Below, one piece after another: positions 48,090 to 58,438 of a DNA stretch of 64,000 nt. Position numbers and translations under genes: made by a program. Origin of the DNA: Verrucomicrobiia bacterium. Lineage in GTDB: Bacteria > Verrucomicrobiota > Verrucomicrobiia > JAWXBN01. Each line of letters opens with the position of its first letter. Position 1 is the first letter of the stretch. Location of the stretch: NCBI GenBank assembly GCA_033764445.1, contig JANRIZ010000058.1, forward strand, positions 178 to 64,177, read 5' to 3'. Under the pieces are notes generated by a model, which was not told the DNA's origin, searched no databases, and saw nothing but the letters and a program-made list of their open reading frames with translations.

Positions 48090-49253
48090 ATGCAACAAAT
48101 TATCAGACGCAAAATGATTTTGCAGGCCATCCTGGTACGGTTGACTGAATCTCCTGTTGTTGCATTACTTGGGGCGAGGCAGACAGGGAAAACCACCTTG
48201 GCAGAGCAGATTGCCGCAGAATGGACAGGATCGTCGGTGATTTTTGATTTGGAAAAATCACAGACGAGGGAGGCTTTACGGGCCACTCCGGAAAAACTGT
48301 TGGGAGAGCAGGAAGGTCTCGTGATTATCGACGAAGTCCAAAGGTTGCCAGAGCTTTTTGAGCTGTTACGTCCCCTGTGCGATGACCCGGAACGCAAAGC
48401 CGTCTACCTGCTGCTGGGCAGTGCCTCGTGGGACTTGGTCAGGGGCGTGTCTGAAACGTTGGCGGGGCGGATTCAATTTGTGGACGTGGCGGGATTGGCC
48501 CTGTCGGAAGTGGGTCTGGAAAAATTGGACGATCTGTGGCTGCGCGGCGGTTTTCCCCGGGCTTTTCTGGCTGAGTCACCCGAGGCTTGGGAACGATGGA
48601 TGGAAGGATTCACGCGGACATTTTTAGAGCGGGACATTCCCGGACTCGGATCAAAGGTGGCTCCGGAGGCGCTGGGCCGGTTTTGGAGGATGCTGGCCCA
48701 TTATCATGGGCAGACATGGAATGCGGCGGAATTGGCACGCTCCATGGATGTGAGCGTCACGGCGGTCAACCACTATCGGGACTTGTTGGCGGGCACCTTC
48801 ATGGTGCGGATGCTGCTGCCGTGGTTCGAGAATCTTGGCAAGCGACTGGTCAAATCGCCAAAGGTGTATTTGCGGGACAGTGGTGTGCTGCACCATCTGC
48901 TCGGCATCGGACGGATGCTGGAGTTGCGCACACATCCGCGCTACGGCGCAAGCTGGGAAGGCTTTGCGCTGGAGCAGACGCTGATCGCCCATGGGCAACG
49001 GGATGCGTATTATTACGCGACACAACGGGGGGCGGAACTGGATTTATTGCTGTTGCGGCGCGGGCGACGGTGGGGCTTCGAGTTCAAATGCACGGATGCA
49101 CCCAAAACGACAAAATCCATGCACGTGTCCCTCAACGACCTGAAACTGGAACATGTGTGGGTGGTGTATCCCGGCACCCTGCGTTATTCCCTGGCCGAGA
49201 AAATCACCGCACTGCCTCTTCGGGAAATCCGGGATTTTGACGCCGGGAGTTGA
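48090..49253 (+). CDS. AAA_14 + DUF4143 ATP-binding protein
   Basis: GARQTGKTT, IIDEVQ, LLLGSA, SETLAGR, RGGFP, KSPKVYLRDSG, ELDLL..GFEFK. Confidence 0.9.
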   Translation: MQQIIRRKMILQAILVRLTESPVVALLGARQTGKTTLAEQIAAEWTGSSVIFDLEKSQTREALRATPEKLLGEQEGLVIIDEVQRLPELFELLRPLCDDPERKAVYLLLGSASWDLVRGVSETLAGRIQFVDVAGLALSEVGLEKLDDLWLRGGFPRAFLAESPEAWERWMEGFTRTFLERDIPGLGSKVAPEALGRFWRMLAHYHGQTWNAAELARSMDVSVTAVNHYRDLLAGTFMVRMLLPWFENLGKRLVKSPKVYLRDSGVLHHLLGIGRMLELRTHPRYGASWEGFALEQTLIAHGQRDAYYYATQRGAELDLLLLRRGRRWGFEFKCTDAPKTTKSMHVSLNDLKLEHVWVVYPGTLRYSLAEKITALPLREIRDFDAGS

Positions 49254-49414
49254 ACCCTGGACGAGTCGGGAGCCCGTGCGTGTTTGCAGGTCCCCACCCT
49301 TCCCAGAAAGACCTTTGGGCGCTGCGTTGTTTCCGCCCCGTCGGGCAGGGGAAAATCCGTCCCGTTCTTCTTCTCCCTCGCCATCGGCGGGCAACTGTGG
49401 TTTTTATGGTTCCC

Positions 49415-50425
49415 ATGCACTGTCTCGGCATCGAAACCTCCTGCGACGAAACCTCGGCCGCCGTTCTGAAGGACGGTTCAACCGTCCTCTCGAATGTCGT
49501 TTCCTCCCAGATCCGTGACCACGCCCCCTACGGCGGGGTCGTTCCCGAAATCGCCGCCCGCAATCATCTGGAATGCATCGACCGCATCATCGGTCAGGCC
49601 CTCCACGAGGCGGGAATCGCGGCGACGGATCTCGACCTGGTCGCCGCCACGCGCGGCCCGGGCCTGGCCAGCTCGCTGCTGGTCGGCCTGTCCACGGCCA
49701 AGGGGCTCGCCTGCGCGTTGGGCAAACCCCTGCAGGCGGTCAACCACATGGAAGGGCACCTGCTCTCGCCGATCCTCTCCGCCGGGGTTTCCGCCACCGA
49801 TCTCTTCCCGAATGTGAGTCTGATTGTCAGTGGCGGGCACACCCTGCTGGTGCACGTGGAAAATGCGGGGCGGCACGAGGTCACGGGATCAACACTTGAC
49901 GACGCGGCGGGCGAGGCCTTCGACAAAATCGCCAAGCTCCTCGGGCTGGCCTACCCGGGCGGGCCGGAGATCGACTCCCTGGCCCGCACCGGCAACCCCC
50001 GGGCTTTTGATTTTCCCCGGGCCCTCCTCCAGGACCCCGGCCACCGCTTCAGCTTCAGCGGCCTGAAAACCTCGGTCCGCTACTTCCTGGAAAAACAACC
50101 GGCGGACTTTGCCGCGGCGCACCGGGCGGATCTGTGCGCCTCCGTCCAGGAGGCCATCGTCGAGGTGCTGGTTGAAAAAACCCTGCACCTGGCCCGGCAA
50201 AAGAAGGTCCGGACCGTGACCGTTTCCGGCGGCGTTTCGTGCAACAGCCGTCTGCGCGAGGTCTTCGCCGCAAAATGCGCGCAGCAGGGTCTCCGGCTCT
50301 TTCTGGCCGATCCGCGCTGGAGCACGGACAATGCGGCGATGATCGCCCTGACGGGCACCTTTCAATTCCGGGCGGGGGTGCGGACCCCGCTTTCCACCGA
50401 CATCGACCCGAATCTGAAATTGTGA
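49415..50425 (+). CDS. tsaD: tRNA N6-adenosine threonylcarbamoyltransferase
   Basis: LGIETSCDET, GGVVPEIAAR, NHMEGH, VSGGHT, DDAAGEAFDK, TDNAAMIA. Confidence 0.95.
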   Translation: MHCLGIETSCDETSAAVLKDGSTVLSNVVSSQIRDHAPYGGVVPEIAARNHLECIDRIIGQALHEAGIAATDLDLVAATRGPGLASSLLVGLSTAKGLACALGKPLQAVNHMEGHLLSPILSAGVSATDLFPNVSLIVSGGHTLLVHVENAGRHEVTGSTLDDAAGEAFDKIAKLLGLAYPGGPEIDSLARTGNPRAFDFPRALLQDPGHRFSFSGLKTSVRYFLEKQPADFAAAHRADLCASVQEAIVEVLVEKTLHLARQKKVRTVTVSGGVSCNSRLREVFAAKCAQQGLRLFLADPRWSTDNAAMIALTGTFQFRAGVRTPLSTDIDPNLKL

Positions 50426-50478
50426 CGGACTGTAAAATCTGCTTGGTCTCGCCTCCCGGAACCGTTTAAACCCAGTGC

Positions 50479-51873
50479 ATGCCCCTGCTGGAAATCATTC
50501 CCCCGATCCTCCCGGAGATCGACCCCGGATTCCGTCCCGCCATCCTGGGCAACCGGCACTACGTCGCCGAGGCCAGAAAATCGGGCCGCGCGGTCCCGCT
50601 GATCCTGGCCGTCGAACGCGAAAACGGACTGGTCTCCCGCCATGAAACGGTCATCTTTCCCGCCGAGGACGCGGCGCATTTTGCGGAAACACTCCGGTAT
50701 GTGGAGCGTCTGGTCAAATTCCTCCTGTGGTCGCGGGGCGGATGGCGGGTGATGGTCGGGGGGGCGCCGCACATTGCGGCGGAGCTGGCAAAAATCTATT
50801 CCCCCGCGGGAGCCCGGCGGTTTGATGCGGAATTCATGGGGCGGATCTATGAAAAACCCTTTTCCGTCGAGTCCCGTTCCCCGGAAAACATCCCCGATGC
50901 GAAGGAGATGTCCATGCCCCTGGGGGGAAACCTCGACGGCTGCCGCATCGGGTTTGATCTGGGGGCCAGCGACTACAAACTCTCCGCGGTTGTCGACGGG
51001 CAGGCCGTGTGGACCGAGGAATTCCCGTGGAACCCCAGGGAGGAGACGGACCCCGGCTACCATTACCGGCATCTGACCGCGGGCCTGCGCGAGGCCGCCG
51101 CACATCTGCCCCGGGTGGACGCAATTGGCGGCAGTTCCGCCGGGGTGATCATCGGCAACCGCATCCGGGCCGCCTCGCTTTTCCGCTCCGTCCCCGAGGC
51201 GCAATTTGCGGCAGAGGTGGCGGGAATCTTTGAACGGATCGGACGGGAATGGAACCTCCCCATCGCCGTGGCCAATGACGGGGATGTCACCGCCCTGGCC
51301 GGCGCCCTGAGCCTGCGCGAAAACGCCATCCTGGGCATCGCCATGGGATCGAGCCTGGCAGCCGGATACCTGAATCCGGAGGGACAGATCACCGGCTGGC
51401 TCAACGAACTCGCCTTTGCGCCCGTGGACCACAATCCGCAGGCGGCCCCGGACGAATGGTCGGGGGACATCGGCTGCGGGGTCCAGTACTTTTCGCAACA
51501 GGGGGTCATGCGTCTGGCACGTCAGGCGGGGGTGGTTCTCGATGAATCCCTGTCGGTTCCCGAACGGCTCAAACAGGTCCAGTCCCTGATGAAAGAGGGC
51601 GGGAATCCGCAGGTGCCCAAAATCTACGAGGCCATCGGCATCGCCCTGGGATACACGCTGGCCCTGTACCGGGATTTTTATGATTACAAACACGCCCTGA
51701 TCCTCGGGCGGGTGACCACGGGGTCGGGCGGGGACATCATCATCGCCCGGGCGCGGGAAGTGCTCGCCCGCGGATTTCCGGAGATGGCGGACCCGCTCCA
51801 CATTGTCGTTCCCGACGAAAAATCCCGCCGGGTCGGCCAGGCCGTGGCCGCGGCAAGCCTGCCGACGCGTTAA
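50479..51873 (+). CDS. ROK-family sugar kinase-like protein with N-terminal extension
   Basis: IGFDLGASD, ANDGDVTALAG, AMGSSLAAG, GWLNELAF. Confidence 0.8.
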   Translation: MPLLEIIPPILPEIDPGFRPAILGNRHYVAEARKSGRAVPLILAVERENGLVSRHETVIFPAEDAAHFAETLRYVERLVKFLLWSRGGWRVMVGGAPHIAAELAKIYSPAGARRFDAEFMGRIYEKPFSVESRSPENIPDAKEMSMPLGGNLDGCRIGFDLGASDYKLSAVVDGQAVWTEEFPWNPREETDPGYHYRHLTAGLREAAAHLPRVDAIGGSSAGVIIGNRIRAASLFRSVPEAQFAAEVAGIFERIGREWNLPIAVANDGDVTALAGALSLRENAILGIAMGSSLAAGYLNPEGQITGWLNELAFAPVDHNPQAAPDEWSGDIGCGVQYFSQQGVMRLARQAGVVLDESLSVPERLKQVQSLMKEGGNPQVPKIYEAIGIALGYTLALYRDFYDYKHALILGRVTTGSGGDIIIARAREVLARGFPEMADPLHIVVPDEKSRRVGQAVAAASLPTR

Positions 51874-51974
51874 ACGGTGCACGGGGGCGGCGATAATTTC
51901 ATTTTGTAAATCCCCGGGAATCTGGCCAGAATCATCCTCCCGGCTGGAAACACACCCGGTGCCCGCTTCAGATT

Positions 51975-52832
51975 ATGAAATTTTCCAATCCCCATGCCGA
52001 CCTCCTCATCCCGGATGGCACCCCCCTGCCGCAGGCCCTGGAACGCACCACCCACATGGGAATCGGCGCCCATCAGGATGACCTCGAATTCATGTGTTTC
52101 CACGGCATCCTGGAATGTCACCAAAAAACCGACCGGTGGTTTGCGGGGGTGACCGTCACCAGCGGGTCGGGCAGTTCCCGGACCGGTCCCTACCGGGAGG
52201 TGAGCGACCAAAAACTCGTTGAAATCCGCCGGGAGGAACAGCGCCGTGCGGCCGTCATTGGTGAATACGGGGCCATGATCCAACTGGGGTACGACAGTGC
52301 CACCATCAAGGACCCCCTCGGCGCCCGGACCCGGCTGGTGCCGGAACTGGTGGAAATCATCCGCATCGCCCGGCCCCGGGTCATCTACACGCACAACCCC
52401 GCGGACAAGCATCCGAGCCATATCGCGGTGGTGCTCCCCCTGATCGAGGCCCTCCGCCGTCTGCCGCAGGAAATGCGTCCCGAAAAACTGTACGGATGCG
52501 AGGGATGGCGCAACCTTGACTGGATGCCCGACACCGAAAAGGTGGTGCTGAATGTGGGTGGCAACGAACCCCTCCTGCGCCGCCTCATGTCCGTCTTCGA
52601 CTCGCAAATCGCGGGGGGGAAACATTACGATCTGGCCACACTCGGCAGAAAACAGGCCAACGCAACGTACTTTCAAAGCCACGCCTCGGATCAGGCCGCC
52701 CTGGCGGAATTTGCCATGGACCTGACCCCGCTGCTCCGGGACGATACGCTGTCGGTGGAGGATTTTACGCTGGGCTTCATTGACCGGTTTCGCAATGATG
52801 TCCTTCAAACCCTGCGCAAACAAACCGGATAG
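51975..52832 (+). CDS. PIG-L/LmbE-family N-deacetylase
   Basis: GIGAHQDDLE, IRREEQRRAA, YTHNPADKHPSH. Confidence 0.85.
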   Translation: MKFSNPHADLLIPDGTPLPQALERTTHMGIGAHQDDLEFMCFHGILECHQKTDRWFAGVTVTSGSGSSRTGPYREVSDQKLVEIRREEQRRAAVIGEYGAMIQLGYDSATIKDPLGARTRLVPELVEIIRIARPRVIYTHNPADKHPSHIAVVLPLIEALRRLPQEMRPEKLYGCEGWRNLDWMPDTEKVVLNVGGNEPLLRRLMSVFDSQIAGGKHYDLATLGRKQANATYFQSHASDQAALAEFAMDLTPLLRDDTLSVEDFTLGFIDRFRNDVLQTLRKQTG

Positions 52833-52865
52833 GGCCTCCCCTTTTCCCCCAACCCCTCCCCCGCC

Positions 52866-53651
52866 ATGGAAGTGATCATCAAACCCAACGCCTCGGAAGC
52901 CTCCGTCCTGGGGGCCAAAATCATCGCCCAGCAGATCCGGCGCAAACCCGCCACCACCCTCGGCCTGGCCACCGGCAGCACGCCCCTGAAGCTCTACCGG
53001 GAACTGGTCCGGATGCACAAAACCGAGAAACTCAGTTTTGCCCGGGTCCGCACCTTCAACCTGGATGAATATGTGGGCCTGGATCCCAGACATCCCGCCT
53101 CCTACAACGCCTTCATGCGTGAAAATCTTTTTGACCTCGTCAACATCCGCAAAACCAACATCCACATTCCGAGCGGACTGGCCCGGGACATCCCCAAATA
53201 TTGCGCCGAATACGAGAAAAAAATCCGCAAATGCGGCGGGATCGACCTGCAACTGCTCGGGATCGGCACCGATGGGCATATCGGCTTCAACGAACCCTCC
53301 TCGTCCTTCGCCTCCCGCACCCGGATCAAGTCACTGACGGAAAAAACCATCAAGGACAATGCCGACTTTTTTGATGACCCCCGCGAGGTGCCCCGTCATG
53401 TCATCACCATGGGGGTGGGCACGATCATGGACAGCCGCACCTGTGTCCTGCTGGCCTTTGGCGCAAAAAAGGCGGAGATCATCGCCCGCATGGTGGAGGG
53501 ACCTGTGACAGCCATGGTCCCGGCCACCGCCCTGCAATTCCACCCCTCCGCGGTGGTGATTGTGGACGAGGCCGCCGCCGCCGCCCTGACCCGCCGCGAT
53601 TATTATCGCTGGGTCTATGAGAACAAACCCCAGTGGCAGACCTACGAATAA
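52866..53651 (+). CDS. nagB: Glucosamine-6-phosphate deaminase
   Basis: LGLATGSTP, TFNLDEYVG, GIGTDGHIGFNEP, ITMGVGTI. Confidence 0.95.
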   Translation: MEVIIKPNASEASVLGAKIIAQQIRRKPATTLGLATGSTPLKLYRELVRMHKTEKLSFARVRTFNLDEYVGLDPRHPASYNAFMRENLFDLVNIRKTNIHIPSGLARDIPKYCAEYEKKIRKCGGIDLQLLGIGTDGHIGFNEPSSSFASRTRIKSLTEKTIKDNADFFDDPREVPRHVITMGVGTIMDSRTCVLLAFGAKKAEIIARMVEGPVTAMVPATALQFHPSAVVIVDEAAAAALTRRDYYRWVYENKPQWQTYE

Positions 53652-53708
53652 GCCCATTTTTCAAGTATTTTTTGGCCACTTTTCAATTGACACCCACCCT
53701 TGTTCTCC

Positions 53709-53736
53709 TTGACCCGAGGGAGGACAGACCTATGAT
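53709..53736 (+). promoter_or_regulatory. Sigma70-like promoter upstream of the STAS/phosphatase pair
   Basis: TTGACC (53709-53714), N16, TATGAT (53731-53736). Confidence 0.55.
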
Positions 53737-53813
53737 GGGTTTCCTGTTCGCAAAATAACGTTCACTCCATGGAACTCCCGGCATCGGGTCGGGGCGGTTC
53801 CGTGATCCCACGT

Positions 53814-54323
53814 ATGTCCGACACCCCCAACAGCGGTATTTCCTTCAATCAGGAAGGGAGCAAGACCTTTGTCAAAATCTCCGGACGCGGGTCCTTTCAA
53901 AACAGTCCCTCGTTCAAGAAGTTTTACCTGGCCCGGATCGAATCCGGCACCACGGAATTCCATATCGACATGGCCGATTGCCCCGCCATGGACAGCACAT
54001 TTCTGGGGACACTCACCTCGCTGAGTGTGGCCCTCAAAAAGCGCGGGGGCGGGCGGGTGTACATTCTGGAGGCCAATGCGCGGAACCTGGAAACCATGAA
54101 AAACCTCGGCATCGACCGTTTGTTTGTCATGGACCACACCGGGGAACCGGCCCCCTCCGCGACACTGGAGGCCGTGGTGACGGAAAAACCGACCCGTGAG
54201 GAGGCCACCAAACAGTCCATTGACGCGCATGAAACCCTTGTCGAGGCCTTTGACGGGAATGAAACCAAGTTCAGGGACGTCATCTCGCTGCTGAAGGAAG
54301 ACCTTTCCAAAAAGCCCCACTAA
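53814..54323 (+). CDS. STAS-domain anti-sigma-factor antagonist
   Basis: GRGSFQNS, IDMADCPAMDSTFLGTL (phosphoacceptor Ser motif), LGIDRLF. Confidence 0.85.
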   Translation: MSDTPNSGISFNQEGSKTFVKISGRGSFQNSPSFKKFYLARIESGTTEFHIDMADCPAMDSTFLGTLTSLSVALKKRGGGRVYILEANARNLETMKNLGIDRLFVMDHTGEPAPSATLEAVVTEKPTREEATKQSIDAHETLVEAFDGNETKFRDVISLLKEDLSKKPH

Positions 54324-54347
54324 GCCACCCCCCCGGGAAGCTCCGTT

Positions 54348-55799
54348 ATGCTCGTCAAATTTTTCATGGTATTCTTCTTTCTGGCCGCCTTCGGTCTGGC
54401 CTATCTGCTGCGGCGGAAGGGGGAACAGAACCGACGTCTGGATGCCTCGCGCCGGGAACTGATCAAGGAACGGAAGATCATCCTCGAGTTTTTGCACGAT
54501 CTGGGGGATGCCTGCACGGAATCGATCAACTCGGCGGAGCTTCTCAAAAGCATCGCCCACTTTTCCAACCGCGCGACCGAGGCCAAAAGCAGTGCGATCT
54601 TCATGCTCAACAAGAAGGAACGGACCCTGCGGGCGGTCATTGTCGACGGGGCCTTCCCCCCGCCCTACCTGCCGGAAAACTTTGTCATGCCCAAGGTCGT
54701 GAGCAAGGCGGATCACTTTGAACAGATCATCCGCAACATCGAGATCCCCGTCGGAGCGGGCATCATCGGCGAGGTGGCCCAAAAACGGGAGGCGGTGCTG
54801 CTCACCCACGGTCATTCGGACCCCCGTGTGCCGCATTTTCCGGAGGGGCAGCTGACCGAGGCGCTCAACATCGACACCATGATGGCCGTGCCCCTGCGGT
54901 TCCGCAACGAACTGCTCGGGGTGATGGCCGTGGTCAACAAAAAGACCGCCTCCACCTTCACCCGCAACGATCTGGACCTTTTCAGCTCCATGGCCGACCA
55001 GGCCTCCTACGCCATTCACAACGCCACACTCTACACGGCCCTGGCGGAAAAAAAACGGTTTGACCGCGATCTGCGCATCGCCAGCGACATCCAGCGCATC
55101 CTGCTGCCCGACGGGGCGCCGGTCATCCGCGGGTTCGATCTTTTCGGGGACAACATCCCGGCCCTGGAGGTGGGGGGCGACTACTACGACTTCATCCAGG
55201 TCAGCGAAACCAAGGTGGGCATCGCCATTGCGGATGTCTCCGGAAAGGGGGTCCCGGGGGCGATGATCATGGCCATTTTCCGCAGTGTCCTCCGCAGCGA
55301 GGCCCTGCGGACCGATTCCCCCGCCGAGGTCCTGCGCAACATCAACCGGCTGGTCTTTAACGACATCAAGGAGGACATGTTCATCAGCGCCAGTTACGCC
55401 GTACTGGATACGATCACCCGCAATCTGACCTATGCCCGGGCGGGGCACGAACCCCCCCTCCTGTGCCATACCGGCTCCCACAAGGTGGAACCGCTCGAAA
55501 GCCCGGGCATGGCCGTGGGCATCGACAACGGGGAAATTTTCGATACGGTCATCGAGGATCGCACCTTCACCCTGCGCAAGGGGGATGCGGTCCTGTTCTA
55601 TACGGATGGGGCCACCGAGGCGCAGGATTCCCTGGAAACCGAGTTTGGCCGGGATGACCTGGTGGATGCCTTCAAATCGGCCTCCAACGAAAATGCCAAA
55701 ACCACCGTTGAAAACATCACCGAACGCCTCAACCGCTTTGTCGGGGAGCATCCGCGCTACGATGACATCACCCTGATTGTCCTCAAGGTCACCGAATGA
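54348..55799 (+). CDS. GAF + SpoIIE/RsbU-type PP2C phosphatase with N-terminal TM
   Basis: EVGGDYYDF, IADVSGKG, RAGHEPP, FYTDG, DDITL. Confidence 0.9.
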   Translation: MLVKFFMVFFFLAAFGLAYLLRRKGEQNRRLDASRRELIKERKIILEFLHDLGDACTESINSAELLKSIAHFSNRATEAKSSAIFMLNKKERTLRAVIVDGAFPPPYLPENFVMPKVVSKADHFEQIIRNIEIPVGAGIIGEVAQKREAVLLTHGHSDPRVPHFPEGQLTEALNIDTMMAVPLRFRNELLGVMAVVNKKTASTFTRNDLDLFSSMADQASYAIHNATLYTALAEKKRFDRDLRIASDIQRILLPDGAPVIRGFDLFGDNIPALEVGGDYYDFIQVSETKVGIAIADVSGKGVPGAMIMAIFRSVLRSEALRTDSPAEVLRNINRLVFNDIKEDMFISASYAVLDTITRNLTYARAGHEPPLLCHTGSHKVEPLESPGMAVGIDNGEIFDTVIEDRTFTLRKGDAVLFYTDGATEAQDSLETEFGRDDLVDAFKSASNENAKTTVENITERLNRFVGEHPRYDDITLIVLKVTE

Positions 55800-55894
55800 T
55801 CCCCTTGCGCCCTGCCCCTTGACAAACGGGGCGATATTTATTTTTCTCTAACGCCCTGAATGACGCACTTTGAAACACTGAAGAACCCCCGCGT

Positions 55895-56476
55895 ATGAAT
55901 GACACCGAAATTCCAGACAAACCCCCGGTGGAATCCTCCCCGACCGATCCTGCACCCGAACCGGCTCCCGCGCCGGTTTCCCACCAGGAATGGGAGCAGA
56001 TGAAGGCCCAGGTGGCGGAGCTGGCGGAGTTGCGGGATAAAAACCTCCGGCTGATGGCGGAAATGGAAAATCTCCGCAAACGTCTTTCCCAGGAAAAACA
56101 GGAGGCGGTCAAATTCGCCAACGAGGGGATTCTCTTCGACTGCCTGCCCCTGGTGGACAACTTCGAGCTGGCCCTGGGTTCCCTGGACAAAAGCGACAAC
56201 ATCCAGTCGGTCAAGGACGGCATCAAAATGGTCCTGGGCCAATTCCAGCAATTCCTCAAAAACAACGGCGTGGAGGCCGTGGAGGCCGTTGGAAAAAAAT
56301 TTGACCACAATCTGCACGAGGCCATTTCCGAGGAGGATCGTGCGGAGACCGAGGAAGGGACGGTCCTGGCCCAGCTGCGCCGGGGCTACACCCTGCGCGG
56401 ACGCCTGCTGCGCCCGGCCAATGTCATCGTCTCCCGCGCACCCGGCGCGGACTCCGGTTCAAACGCCCCGTCCTGA
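55895..56476 (+). CDS. grpE: Nucleotide exchange factor GrpE
   Basis: [45 protein letters not shown]. Confidence 0.95.
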   Translation: MNDTEIPDKPPVESSPTDPAPEPAPAPVSHQEWEQMKAQVAELAELRDKNLRLMAEMENLRKRLSQEKQEAVKFANEGILFDCLPLVDNFELALGSLDKSDNIQSVKDGIKMVLGQFQQFLKNNGVEAVEAVGKKFDHNLHEAISEEDRAETEEGTVLAQLRRGYTLRGRLLRPANVIVSRAPGADSGSNAPS

Positions 56477-56499
56477 AAACCCCATTCCGTCGAAACCCC

Positions 56500-57654
56500 A
56501 TGGCTGAAAAACGCGATTATTACGAGGTGCTGGGTGTTCCCAAGGGAGCCTCCGCCGAGGACATCAAAAAGGCCTACCGCAAAATGGCCGTCAAATATCA
56601 CCCGGATAAAAACCCCGGCGACAAAAGTGCCGAGGAAAAGTTCAAGGAGCTGGGCGAGGCCTACGAGGTCCTCAGTGATGCGGAGAAACGCGCCGCCTAC
56701 GACCGATACGGACACCAGGCGTTCAGTGCCGGGGCCGGAGGAGGAGGGGGCGGCGGCGGGTTCCATGGCCATGATCCCTTCGATGTGTTCCGCGAGGTTT
56801 TCAGCGGGGGCGGCGGCGGAGGCATCTTTGACGAGTTTTTTGGCGGGGCCACCGAAGGTGGACGCGGACGGTCCTCGGCCACCCGGGGCAACGATCTGCG
56901 CTACGACATGCCCATCACCTTTGAGGAGGCGGCCTTTGGCTGCGAAAAGGAGATCACCATCGCCAAAATGGACGAATGCCCGGAATGCGAAGGAAACGGG
57001 GCCGAGGCGGGGTCGGGGGTCAAAAGTTGCCCCACCTGCAAGGGCCGGGGGCAGGTGACGGTCACACGCGGTTTTTTCTCGGTCTCCCAGACATGCCCCA
57101 CCTGCCGCGGGGCGGGTCAGACCATCGACAAACCCTGCAAAAAATGCAGCGGCGCCGGAAGGACGGAACAAACCTCCAAGGTCCAGGTCCGCATCCCCGC
57201 CGGGGTCGAGGACGGCACCCGGCTGCGTTCGAGTGGCAAGGGGGAAAGCGGCATCCGCGGGGGATCGGCGGGGGACCTCTACATCATTTTGCATGTCAAA
57301 CCCCACAGTCTGTTCGAACGCGATGGCGACGACATTTATTGCGAGGTGCCCATCCCCTTCACCACCGCAGCCCTGGGCGGGGAAATCGAGGTGCCCACAC
57401 TCCGGGGCAAGGTCCTCATGAAGGTACCCGCGGGCACGCAGCCGGGGGAAATGCTCCGCCTGCGCGGGCAGGGCATTGCCAATGTGCACGGACGCGGCAC
57501 CGGCGACCAGAATGTCCGCCTGAAGGTGGAAATCCCGGCCAAACTCAGCGGCAGAATGCGGGAGAAATTGGAGGAATTCGCCAAAATGGCCGGGGATGAG
57601 GCCTATCCTTCCCGCAAAAGTTTCTTCGAAAAGGCCAAGTCACTCTTCAAATGA
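56500..57654 (+). CDS. dnaJ: Molecular chaperone DnaJ
   Basis: J domain with HPD, G/F-rich region, four CxxCxGxG repeats. Confidence 0.97.
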   Translation: MAEKRDYYEVLGVPKGASAEDIKKAYRKMAVKYHPDKNPGDKSAEEKFKELGEAYEVLSDAEKRAAYDRYGHQAFSAGAGGGGGGGGFHGHDPFDVFREVFSGGGGGGIFDEFFGGATEGGRGRSSATRGNDLRYDMPITFEEAAFGCEKEITIAKMDECPECEGNGAEAGSGVKSCPTCKGRGQVTVTRGFFSVSQTCPTCRGAGQTIDKPCKKCSGAGRTEQTSKVQVRIPAGVEDGTRLRSSGKGESGIRGGSAGDLYIILHVKPHSLFERDGDDIYCEVPIPFTTAALGGEIEVPTLRGKVLMKVPAGTQPGEMLRLRGQGIANVHGRGTGDQNVRLKVEIPAKLSGRMREKLEEFAKMAGDEAYPSRKSFFEKAKSLFK

Positions 57655-58406
57655 CCATGGACCGCTTCCACATCCCCCCGGCGCAGTTCAACCTGCAAGG
57701 GCTCCGGCTGACCGGCCCGGAAGCGCATCATTGTGTGGGGGTCATGCGCCACAGGGAGGGCGATTCGATCGTGGTCTTTGACGGACAGGGTCTGGAAGTG
57801 ATGGGAAAAATCGTCTCCCTCTCAAAAAACGAGGTCGTTCTTTCAATCCAAAACCAGTCCAAAACGCCGCCCCTACCCTGTGCCATCACCCTCGCCCAGG
57901 CCATTCCCAAGGGAAAGAACATGGAGGCCATCCTCCAAAAGGCGACGGAACTGGGCGCACACCGGATTGTCCCGCTGCTGAGCGCCCGCACGGTGGTGCA
58001 CGTGGATGAGGACCGCGCGGATTCAAAGGCGGGGAAATGGCAGCACACGGTCATCGAGGCGGCCAAACAATGCGGCACCAACTGGGTGCCACGGGTGGAT
58101 CAGCCGGTGGAGGTCAAAAGATTCTTCGACGAAAAGCCGCGGTTTGACCTGATGCTCATCGCCTCCCTGCAGCCCGACGCCCGGCATTTCAAAAAGGTTC
58201 TTGCCGACGTGCGGGAGGAAGGTTCGGGCCGGAAACCCTCCTCCGTACTGATCCTGATCGGACCGGAAGGCGACTTTACACCCGCCGAAATTTCGCTGGC
58301 CAAAGGGGCCGGATGCCAGCCGATCACCCTCGGCCCCCAGGTGCTCCGCTGTGAAACGGCCGCCATTTACACCCTGAGCCTGCTTTCGTACGAGTTGCAG
58401 AGCTGA
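57651..58406 (+). CDS. rsmE: 16S rRNA m3U1498 methyltransferase
   Basis: [32 protein letters not shown]. Confidence 0.93.
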   Translation: MTMDRFHIPPAQFNLQGLRLTGPEAHHCVGVMRHREGDSIVVFDGQGLEVMGKIVSLSKNEVVLSIQNQSKTPPLPCAITLAQAIPKGKNMEAILQKATELGAHRIVPLLSARTVVHVDEDRADSKAGKWQHTVIEAAKQCGTNWVPRVDQPVEVKRFFDEKPRFDLMLIASLQPDARHFKKVLADVREEGSGRKPSSVLILIGPEGDFTPAEISLAKGAGCQPITLGPQVLRCETAAIYTLSLLSYELQS

Positions 58407-58438
58407 GGGGCGGGCTGTCTCCCGGGCACCCCCCCGGA

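Noticed and set aside
48090-49253. Candidate for the missing proteasomal ATPase
   Set aside because: Motifs are AAA_14/DUF4143; it lacks the coiled-coil/OB domains and C-terminal HbYX-type tail of ARC/Mpa
55800-55894. CIRCE element upstream of grpE
   Set aside because: No TTAGCACTC-N9-GAGTGCTAA match; a TTGACA is present but without a well-spaced -10
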